Assembly (NCBI GenBank): GCA_965198065.1
Contig: CBDAON010000004.1
Coordinates: forward strand, 2,784,001 to 2,848,000
From: Longimicrobiales bacterium
Lineage (GTDB): Bacteria > Gemmatimonadota > Gemmatimonadetes > Longimicrobiales > Gaopeijiaceae
Direction: 5' to 3'
DNA length: 64,000 bases
Below the pieces are notes generated by a model. It saw only the letters and a program-made list of their open reading frames with translations, had not been told where the DNA came from and did no database searches. Positions 43,821-53,772 of the stretch are shown one piece after another. The position numbers and the translations under genes are program-made. Position 1 is the first letter of the stretch. Every line of letters starts with the position of its first letter.

Positions 43821-46800
43821 CTACCAGCCCACTGTGAGTCGGCCCACCAGGCTGTGGTCCGGCTTTTCCTGAAGCAGGCTCTCGCGGCGCTGGGCGTCGA
43901 GGCCGAACTGGAAGCTCATGGCGCCACCCTGCACGACAGCCAGGCTGTAGCCCAGCCGGTAGTCGCGCCCGTACTCGGAAGTCGTGACGCCGAACCTCGG
44001 GGTCCCCACCAGCCGACTCCCGACCGGCAGCGCGTAGCCGAGCTCGGCGTCGATGCGGTCGCCCGATCCCGGGCCTCCTGCCCCGAGCCCCTCCATCGTA
44101 TCGCGGCCCCAGAGTGCGTCGGCACCGCTCATCGCCTGCCCGCCCCACGAGGGCGCGAGCCGCGCCGTGAAGCCCAGCGGCGTCGATGGCGTCGGGTCGT
44201 AGCTGAACGACACCGACACGCCCCGTTCCCTGAACCCTTCGTCCTGATGCACGAGCAGCGTCCGCACCCGCACGTCGACCGACAGTCCGGTCAGCGGGTC
44301 CGCTGCGATCAGGCTTGCGGCGATGTCCGCGCCCGCGCCCGTCTCCGCGTCCCCGCCGTCCTGCCTGAGCCCGACCTCGAGGCTCGGCTGCAGCGCGATG
44401 CCGTGTCCGAAGACGTAGCCCCTCGAGGCCTCGAGCGCTGTCCGCACACGCGTCACCACCGCTTCGGTCCCAGCCAGTCGGCCTGCCGGACCGTCCACGG
44501 CCTCGCTGCCCGTGCCCACCCACAGCGCGTCCGCCTTGAACGCCAGCCCGAACCCGCCGACACCGGCATCCACCAGATCGCCCCTCACGCCCCCGGCGAG
44601 CATCGACATCGAGAGCCCGCCCTCGAGAGCGACGGGAGCCGCGAGAGACGTTGGTAGAGACAGTGCCTCACCGGGTGTCAGGCTCAACGAGCCCCTCCCG
44701 TATCCGGTCACGCCCCAGAGCGTGACCCGCTCGCTCAGCTTGTATCCCACCCAGGGGTGGAGCCCCGTGACCGACGAGGCCACCTGGCCCACGTCGGCCT
44801 CCTGGTAGCCGCCCAGGCCTCGGCGGTGCGAGAGCATCAGCCCCGCCATCAGCGGCCCCTTCGCGTAGTCCGCCCCGAACATCGTCGTGCGGACCCCGCC
44901 GTCGAGCGACAGCTCGCCGTCCCGGCCGCTGAACCGCGACTCCATCCCGCGGCTCCAGAGCGAGACGCTCGCGCCCCCGCCCGTCTCGCGGTTCAACACG
45001 AACCCCGAGCCCATCAGCAGGTCGCCGCCTCCGAGACCCGTCCGCAGTAGCTCGGCGCCGCTCAGATCGGACTGGACGCCCGTCGTATCCCGAGCGCCCG
45101 CGCCCGCCGTGGACTGAAGCCGGGTCAGGAAGTTCCGGCCCATATCGCGCTCCATCCCACGCCTGAGCTCACGCCCCGCGAACCGGCCCCGGAAGCCCGA
45201 GGCTCTGGACGCCTCCAGCCGCTCCTCCACCTGCTCCATCACGTGGAGCGCCGTCGCCCGCCCGAACCGCGCCAACAGCGCCCGCGGCAGCGGATCGGTG
45301 TTCTCGATCGTCCCGGTCGCTTCCGCGTCAGCCAGCCGGCCCTCCGACGGATTCGAGAGCCGGAGCGTCATCGTCTCCTCGCCCTCGTCGTGCGAATCGT
45401 CGAGCACCGCGACCTCGACCGTCTGCGACGACTCGCCCGCCCGGAACGTCAGCGTCCCGTTCGCGGCCGTGTAGTCGTCGCTCGCGTGCGCACTGCCGTC
45501 CGCCGTCTGGTAGTCCACCGTCACCTGCCCGGCAGCCGCGCGGCTCAAGGTGACCGCGAACTCGAGCACGGCGCCCGCGCCTTCCTCCACCCGCGCATCC
45601 GCCACGGAGATGCCCACTGGGCCGGCCACCGTCGCCGAGGGCGTCTCCGACAGCGCCCGGCCGTCCTTCGTGCAGACCGCCGCCGGGGTGCCGCAGGCCG
45701 CCCCGGCCGCGAGCGTCACCGTCACGTCCGACGGCGAATCCGGCTCGACCGTCAACTGCCACAGGTCCCGGCGCCGGTTCACCCGACTGGCCTTCGTCGC
45801 CCGGCCCCCGGCCACCGCCACCACGTCCTCCCGCAACCGCCGGCCGTTCATCCAGCTGAGCGGCTCGCTGAACGCGATCCGCAGTGTGAACGCGCTCTCG
45901 CCGTCATGCGCCTCCGGCACGCCCACGAACGACGCCGTCAGGTCCGCCGAAACGGCCTCGGGGCCCGCCACCGTCGCCGTCGGCGTGTTGGCGAGCTGCC
46001 GCCGGTTGTCCCCCTTCGTGCAGATCGCACCCGAGACCCCGCACTCGCGCCCCGCCGGCAGCTCGATCGTCACGTCCCCGTCCGAATCCGGCTCGACCGT
46101 CATCTCGAACAGGTCGCGCCGGTCGTCCACCCGCCCTCCGCCCGTGACCCGCCCGCCCCTCACCGTGAACGCGTCCTCGCGGAGCGCCCGGAAGCTGATC
46201 CCGATGTCCTCGCTGAACGCCACCCGGAAGGTGAACGGCGTCTCCCCGTCGTGCTCCGCCGGCATGCCCTGGAACGCAGCCGTCAGGTCCGGCCGTGCCG
46301 TCGTCTCGGTGTTCCGAATCGTGCCCACCGCCTCGTTGTCGTTTTTCGCGAAGTACGCGTTCCAGGCGTTGGTCAGCACCAGCGTGAACGTCTCCCCGTC
46401 GTCCTCCACCGCATCGTCCGTGATCGGCACCGACACCGTCTTCTCGTCCTCGCGCGGCGCGAAGACCAGCGTGCCGCTCGTCGACGTGTAGTCGGACGCC
46501 GCCGTCGCCGTGCCATCCCGCGTCCGGTACTGGACCGTCACCTTCCGCGACGTCTTCGGGTCGAGCCTCACCACGAAGTCCACCGTATTGTCCTCGCCCT
46601 CGGTCGCCTCCGCGTCCGCCACCGACAGCGACACCGGTCTGTCGTCGTCGTCCTCGACCACGAGGACATCGGGAAGGATGAGGTCGTTGTACGCCGGGTC
46701 CCTGCTGTGCACCCGGCTCAGGAAGACGCGCTCGCCGTTCACCGCGTCGTCGTCGTGCTCCGCCAGGATTACCATCCAGATCGGCGTCTTCCACTCGTCC

Positions 46801-49800
46801 GGCGCGATCGGCAGCACCGTGTGGTTCGTCAAGACGTGCAGGTCCTCGTCGCCGTCGGACTGGATCCCACGCAGGTGGACCGTGTGCGTCGGCCGGGTGT
46901 CCAGCTTCAGCCCGTAGCGCCCCTTGGTGCCCTCGCGGATCACCAGCCGGTGCCTCCCGTCCGCATGCATCTCGAGCGGATCGCCGTCGGTATCGATGAT
47001 CGTGACGCTACCCGGCTTCGCCGTCGTCCCGCCGTCGACCTTGTGGTCGGACTGCGGACCGAGCGCCCCGTGGGAGAGGTCCGCGTCGAGGCCCGTCGCG
47101 GCGCTGCGGATGCGCGCGCCGCCGAGCCGTATCGCGTTCGCGCCGACCGCCACGCCGTCGTCGTCGCGGTCCTCGGCCTTCACCGTGTAGCCGAAATGCA
47201 CCTTGACCCCTTCCGGCCGGGGCCGAGGCGACGGACGGCCCTTTGCCCAGTCGGTGTCCGTCAGCCCGTAGAACCGGGCATCACGCGCCGTCCCGCCCAG
47301 GTCGAACGCCAGCGTCGGCTGCGGGTCGCCCTTCACCCGCACCTTCTCGGAGAAGGCCAGCGTGAACACGATCGTCTCGCCAAACCCGTACACGTCCTCA
47401 TGCCCGTCCCGTTGCGGCCAGCTCCTCACCTCCAGCGATGAGATCGTGGGGGCCTCATTGGCGTTCGCGTCCGTCCTGCCACTGCCCGAGTCCGACCAGG
47501 CGCCCCTGCCCTCGTCGTTGGTCGCCCGCACCTGCACCTGGTAGGAGGTGTTCTCCGACAGGCCCGTGACCGTCGCCGCGGTGGCCGTCCCGTTGTGGCC
47601 CCCGTCGCTCCAGCTCCCGCTCGTGCCCGCCCGGTACTGGACGTCGTAGTCGGTGATCGCCGGGCCGCCGTTGGCCGGCGCCGACCAGTTCACCGTCAGG
47701 CTCGACACCGACGCCGGCGCCACCGTCGGCGCGTCCGGCTTGCCCGGCGCCTCGCCGCCCACATCCGTCACCGTCACCGTGATCGTCTGTGTCGCCGTCT
47801 TCTCCCGCTCGCCCGCGCCGCTCGTCGCCGTCACCTCCACCACGTAGGTGTTGTTGCTGCCCTGGTCCTGGGCGTCCTCGAAGTTCGGCGCCGCGTCGAA
47901 CGTCAGCGCCCCCGACGTCGCCCCGATCGAGAACAACGCCTGGTCCGCCCCGCCGGTGATCTCGTAGCCCGTGACGTCGTCGTCCGAATCGGAGTCCGTC
48001 GCCAGCACCGTGCCCGCCGTCGTCTGGTTCTCCGCCGCGTCGAACGCCGGAGGAGCTGAACGTCGGCGCCGCGTTCGCGGCCGCGGCGGTCGCGCCGGTT
48101 CCCGAGTCCGACCACGAGCCGGTCCCCTCGTCGTTCGTGGCCCGCACCTGCACCTGGTAGGAGGTGTTCTCCGAGAGGCCCGTCAGCGTCGCCGTGGTGG
48201 CGGTGCCGGTGTGGCCCCCGTCGCTCCAGCTCCCGCTCGTGCCCGCCCGGTACTGGACGTCGTAGTCGGTGATCGCCGGGCCGCCGTTGGCCGGCGCCGA
48301 CCAGTTCACCGTCAGGCTCGACACCGACGCCGGCGCCACCGTCGGCGCGTCCGGCTTGCCCGGCGCCTCGCCGCCCACATCCGTCACCGTCACCGTGATC
48401 GTCTGTGTCGCCGTCTTCACCCGCTCGCCCGTGCCGCTGGTCGCCTGTACCTCGACCACGTAGTCGTTGCCGGTGTCGGAGTCCTGGGCGTCCTCGAAGT
48501 TCGGCGCCGCGTCGAACGTCAGCGCCCCGGAGGTCGCACCGATCGAGAAAACGCCTGGTCCGCGCCGCCGGTGATCGCGTAGCCCGTCACGTCGTCGCCC
48601 GCGTCGCTGTCCGTCGCCAGCACCGTGCCGGCCGTCGTCTGGTTCTCCGCCGCGCGAACGTCGCCGGTGAGCTGAACGTCGGCGCCGCGTTCGCGGCCGC
48701 GGCGGTCGCGCCGGTTCCCGAGTCCGACCACGTCGCCGGTGCCCTCGTCGTTCGTCGCCCGCACCTGCACCTGGTAGGAGGTGTTCTCCGAAAGGCCCGT
48801 GAGCGTCGCCGTGGTGGCGGTGCCGGTGTGGCCCCCGTCGCTCCAGTCCCCGCTCGTGCCCGCCCGGTACTGGACGTCGTAGTCGGTGATCGCCGGGCCG
48901 CCGTTGGCCGGCGCCGACCAGTTCACCGTCAGGCTCGACACCGACGCCGGCGCCACGTCCGGCGCGTCCGGCTTGCCCGGCGCCTCGCCGCCCACATCCG
49001 TCACCGTCACCGTGATCGTCTGCGTCGCCGTCTTCTCCCGCTCGCCCGCGCCGCTGGTCGCCTGCACCTCGACCACGTAGTCGTTGCCGGTGTCGGAGTC
49101 CTGGGCGTCCTCGAAGTTCGGCGCCGCGTCGAACGTCAGCGCCCCCGACGTCGCCCCGATCGAGAAGAGGTTCTGGTCCGCTCCGCCGGTGATCGCGTAG
49201 CCGGTGACGTCGTCGTCCGAATCGGAGTCCGTCGCCAGCACCGTGCCGGCCGTCGTCTGGTTCTCCGCCGCGTCGAACGTCGCCGATGAACTGAACGCCG
49301 GCGCCGCGTTGGCGTCCGTCGCGCCGCTGCCCGAGTCCGACCAGTCGCCGGTGCCCTCGTCGTTCGTCGCCCGCACCTGCACCTGGTAGGAGGTGTTCTC
49401 CGACAGGCCCGTGAGCGTCGCCGTGGTGGCGGTGCCGGTGTGGCCCCCGTCGCTCCAGCTCCCGCTCGTGCCCGCCCGGTACTGGACGTCGTAGTCGGTG
49501 ATCGCCGGGCCGCCGTTGGCCGGCGCCGACCAGTTCACCGTCAGGCTCGACACCGACGCCGGCGCCACGTCCGGCGCGTCCGGCTTGCCCGGCGCCTCGC
49601 CGCCCACATCCGTCACCGTCACCGTGATCGTCTGCGTCGCCGTCTTCACCCGCTCGCCCGCGCCGCTGGTCGCCTGCACGTCGACCACGTAGTCGTTGCC
49701 GGTGTCGGAGTCCTGGGCGTCCTCGAAGTTCGGCGCCGTCGTTGAACGTCAGCGCCCCCGACGTCGCACCGATCGAGAAGAGGTTCTGGTCCGCTCCGCC

Positions 49801-52350
49801 GGTGATCGCGTAGCCCGTGACGTCGTCGCCCGCGTCGCCGTCGGTCGCCAGCACCGTGCCGGCCGCCGTCTGGTTCTCCGCCGCGTCGAACGTCGCCGAA
49901 GAGCTGAACGCCGGCGCCGCGTTGGCGTCCGTCGCGCCGCTGCCCGAGTCCGACCACGCCGGTGCCCTCGTCGTTGGTGGCCCGCACCTGCACCTGGTAG
50001 GAGGTGTTCTCCGACAGGCCCGTCAGCGTCGCCGTGGTGGCGGTGCCGGTGTGGCCCCCGTCGCTCCAGCTCCCGCTCGTGCCCGCCCGGTACTGGACGT
50101 CGTAGTCGGTGATCGCCGGGCCGCCGTTGGCCGGCGCCGACCAGTTCACCGTCAGGCTCGACACCGACGCCGGCGCCACGTCCGGCGCGTCCGGCTTGCC
50201 CGGCGCCTCGCCAGCCACGTCGGTGACCGTCACCGTGATCGTCTGCGTCGCCGTCTTCTCCCGCTCGCCCGCGCCGCTGGTCGCCTGCACGTCGACCACG
50301 TAGTCGTTGCCGGTGTCGGAGTCCTGGGCGTCCTCGAAGTTCGGCGCCGCGTCGAACGTCAGCGCCCCGGAGGTCGCACCGATCGAGAAGAGGTTCTGGT
50401 CCGCTCCCGCCGGTGATCGCGTAGCCCGTGACGTCGTCGCCCGCGTCGCTGTCGGTCGCCAGCACCGTGCCGGCCGCCGTCTGGTTCTCCGCCGCGTCGA
50501 ACGTCGCCGATGAGCTGAACGTCGGCGCCGCGTTGGCGTCCGTCGCGCCGCTGCCCGAGTCCGACCAGTCGCCCGTGCCCTCGTCGTTCGTCGCCCGCAC
50601 CTGCACCTGGTAGGAGGTGTTCTCCGACAGGCCCGTGAGCGTCGCCGTGGTGGCGGTGCCGGTGTGGCCCCCGTCGCTCCAGTCCCCGCTCGTGCCCGCC
50701 CGGTACTGGACGTCGTAGTCGGTGATCGCCGGGCCGCCGTTGGCCGGCGCCGACCAGTTCACCGTCAGGCTCGACACCGACGCCGGCGCCACGTCCGGCG
50801 CGTCCGGCTTGCCCGGCGCCTCGCCGCCCACATCCGTCACCGTCACCGTGATCGTCTGCGTCGCCGTCTTCTCCCGCTCGCCCGCGCCGCTGGTCGCCTG
50901 CACGTCGACCACGTAGTCGTTGCCGGTGTCGGAGTCCTGGGCGTCCTCGAAGTTCGGCGCCGCGTCGAACGTCAGCGCCCCCGACGTCGCACCGATCGAG
51001 AAGAGGTTCTGGTCCGCTCCGCCGGTGATCGCGTAGCCCGTGACGTCGTCGTCCGAATCGGAGTCCGTCGCCAGCACCGTGCCGGCCGCCGTCTGGTTCT
51101 CCGCCGCGTCGAACGTCGCCGATGAGCTGAACGCCGGCGCCGCGTTGGCGTCCGTCGCGCCGCTGCCCGAGTCCGACCAGTCGCCGGTGCCCTCGTCGTT
51201 GGTCGCCCGCACCTGCACCTGGTAGGACGTGTTCTCCGACAGACTCGACAGCGTCGCCGTGGTGGCGGTGCCGGTGTGGCCCCCGTCGCTCCAGCTCCCG
51301 CTCGTGCCCGCCCGGTACTGGACGTCGTAGTCGGTGATCGCCGGGCCGCCGTTGGCCGGCGCCGACCAGTTCACCGTCAGGCTCGTCACCGACGCCGGCG
51401 CCACGTCCGGCGCGTCCGGCTTGCCCGGCGCCTCGCCAGCCACGTCGGTCACCGTCACCGTGATCGTCTGCGTCGCCGTCTTCTCCCGCTCGCCCGCGCC
51501 GCTGGTCGCCTGCACCGTCGACCACGTAGTCGTTGCCGGTGTCGGAGTCTGGGCGTCCTCGAAGTTCGGCGCCGCGTCGAACGTCAGCGCCCCGGAGGTC
51601 GCACCGATCGAGAAGAGGTTCTGGTCCGCTCCCGCCGGTGATCGCGTAGCCCGTGACGTCGTCGTCCGAATCGGAGTCCGTCGCCAGCACCGTGCCGGCC
51701 GTCGTCTGGTTCTCCGCCGCGTCGAACGTCGCCGAAGAGCTGAACGCCGGCGCCGCGTTCGCGGCGGGCGTCACGATGCTCCCCGTCGGACACACCTGCG
51801 TCGCCGTGCGCAGGCACACCGTCGCCGTGCTCCCGACCGGAAACTCGGTCTCTAGATCGTCCAGTGCGTCCGGAGCGGTCCAAATCAAGCTCTGGCCGAT
51901 GCTGATCGCAGTGATCAGATCCGAGAATGCGAGCGCGTGCCCGCCGAACTCCAGCGTCAGGGGTTCGGCTGTCGAAAGTCCGCCCGCGACGACGAATCTG
52001 ACGACATTATTCGTCGCCACGTCGATGGCAAGGACCCTATAGGGCAAGGACCCGTAATCGAAATCGTCGTCGTCGAGCGCCCCGATCGCGGGCGTGTCGG
52101 TCGCGTCGTAGCCGTGCCCCACCCGAGTTTCACCCGCCGTCATGGTCGCGGACCAGACCGGGTCGGTCGTCTGGGCTGCGGCGGGGAGGGCGAGCGCGCC
52201 GGAGAGCACGAGCAGCGCCGCGGCGAACAGCGGGCGGAGCGGACAAGCCCGCGCGCGCGGCGCAGTTATGGCGGTGGGCGCTCCGCACTCCGCTTTAACG
52301 ACCGCATCCCGTCGCACGCCGCACCCGGCTATCCCCCTTCGACCGTTCAC
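43821..52350 (-). CDS. Giant autotransporter-like adhesin (~2840 aa if joined): 7x cadherin-like+FN3, Ig-like, 2x Calx-beta, beta-barrel; several frameshifts
   Basis: Signal peptide (ALPAAA-Q), FN3 WSAP..YDVQYR..YQVQVRATN, cadherin-like APNFEDAQD, Calx-beta DYTSTSGTLVF, barrel ending LTVGW. Confidence 0.85.
47461..51762 (-). repeat. Seven tandem ~612-bp coding repeats
   Basis: Unit marker near 48059, 48676, 49294, 49908, 50518, 51131 and 51743. Confidence 0.9.
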
Positions 52351-52454
52351 TTGTCTCTTTCTCGAAAAAAGGCAGCCGCGCGAGGATGTCGGGCGCCCCG
52401 CTGATTCGGTTGCTTACCGAACTTCCACGTGGACCTTCCCCACTCCTCGTGCTC

Positions 52455-52488
52455 GATAGCTCTCGATAACTGTAGTTATCGAGAGTAA
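52455..52488 (+). repeat. 34-bp candidate recombination site, left
   Basis: GATAGCTCTCGATAA-CTGTAG-TTATCGAGAGTAA, the exact reverse complement of 53559..53592. Confidence 0.9.
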
Positions 52489-52524
52489 ACTTTTTGGCTG
52501 TATGTCATTGTGCAGGGGGCACTT

Positions 52525-53511
52525 ATGCAGATTTCAGCCCCAGGAGGTGTGTCCGACCGTCCCGACCCGGCCACTCGAAAGTCACAAAACGGCGAGCGCC
52601 TGACCGCCTACCTGGAGGACGCCCGCGGCGCCCTGAGCGGCCATACCGTGCGAGCGGTGCGAGCGGACCTGGAACGGTTCGCGGCGTGGTGCGCCGAGCG
52701 GGGGCGTTCTCCGCTGCCCGCGCGCGCGGCCACGGTGGTGGCCTACGTCGAGGCGATGGCGAGCGAGCGAGCGCCGGCCACCGTGCGGCGCTACGTCTCG
52801 AGCGTCGCCACCGTGCACAAGGCGGCCGGGGAGCGGAGCCCGCTCGAGCACGTGACCGTGAGGCGGGCGCTGAAGCGGATGCACCGGCAGAGGGGGTGCC
52901 GGCAGAGGCAGGTGCGGGGGCTGACCTGGGCGCTCCGCCGGCGCCTGATGGAGGCCGCGGGCGACCGGGTGATCGACGTCAGGAACCGCGCGATCCTGGC
53001 CGTGGCCTACGACGCCATGCTCCGGCGCTCCGAGCTGGTCGCGCTGCAAGTCGTTGATGTGACGATAGAAAGGGGCGGCTCGGCCTCGCTCCTCGTGCGC
53101 CGCGCGAAGACCGATCCGGAGGGCGGCGGCGCGATGCTGTACCTGCACCGAGACAGCGTGAGGCTGCTCTCGGAGTGGCTGAGCGCGAGCGGGATCAGTG
53201 GCGGGCCGCTCTTCCGTTCGATGCGCAAGGACGGCACGCTGGGCGGCCGGCTGCATGAGAGCCAGGTGCCGCGCATCTACAAGGCGATGGCCGAACGGGC
53301 CGGGCTCCCGGAGCAGATCGTGCGGCGGCTCTCCGGGCACAGCCCCCGCGTGGGCGCGGCTCAGGACATGATCGCCAAGGGGATCGGGATCCCGGCGATC
53401 ATGCAGGCCGGGCGCTGGAAGAACGCCCAGATGGTGCAGCGCTACGGCGAGCGGCTGCTGGCCAAGCGCAACGGCGCCGCACAGCTGGCACGGCTTCAGA
53501 AACGCAGATGA
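52525..53511 (+). CDS. Cre-like tyrosine recombinase
   Basis: SAM-like N-domain. Catalytic R (LRRSEL), K (RAKTD), HxxR (HSPRVG), W (AGRW) and Y (MVQRYG) all present. Confidence 0.9.
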   Translation: MQISAPGGVSDRPDPATRKSQNGERLTAYLEDARGALSGHTVRAVRADLERFAAWCAERGRSPLPARAATVVAYVEAMASERAPATVRRYVSSVATVHKAAGERSPLEHVTVRRALKRMHRQRGCRQRQVRGLTWALRRRLMEAAGDRVIDVRNRAILAVAYDAMLRRSELVALQVVDVTIERGGSASLLVRRAKTDPEGGGAMLYLHRDSVRLLSEWLSASGISGGPLFRSMRKDGTLGGRLHESQVPRIYKAMAERAGLPEQIVRRLSGHSPRVGAAQDMIAKGIGIPAIMQAGRWKNAQMVQRYGERLLAKRNGAAQLARLQKRR

Positions 53512-53558
53512 GCCCCGAAGAACCCGGGGGCCTCTCTGGTCACAAACTTTGCCGCGGG

Positions 53559-53592
53559 TTACTCTCGATAACTACAGTTATCGAGAGCTATC
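53559..53592 (-). repeat. 34-bp candidate recombination site, right (inverted)
   Basis: TTACTCTCGATAA-CTACAG-TTATCGAGAGCTATC. Confidence 0.9.
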
Positions 53593-53772
53593 CGGAAAGC
53601 TACGCGCTATTTTGTGAGTGAGTTGTGACTTGTCGGGCGAGCGTCGTGGCCCTTTAGTGACTTCACGCGCGAAGAGCGCTATCCTCCACCCCCCGCGGTC
53701 CGGCGGAAGGCGGCCGGGCCGATCGTCCGGAGCCTCGTCCGCTCCGCCTCACCCTTCGGCGGGAGTGGAGCA

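Noticed and set aside
47455..52350. Several separate adhesin genes or programmed frameshifting
   Set aside because: Single-base indels at inconsistent positions within one repeat array point to one gene with read errors or decay.
52455..52488. Chromosomal dif site
   Set aside because: It has the ATAA-N6-TTAT frame, but the arms are symmetric, there is no XerD-type TTATGTTAAA arm, and two copies flank a dedicated recombinase.
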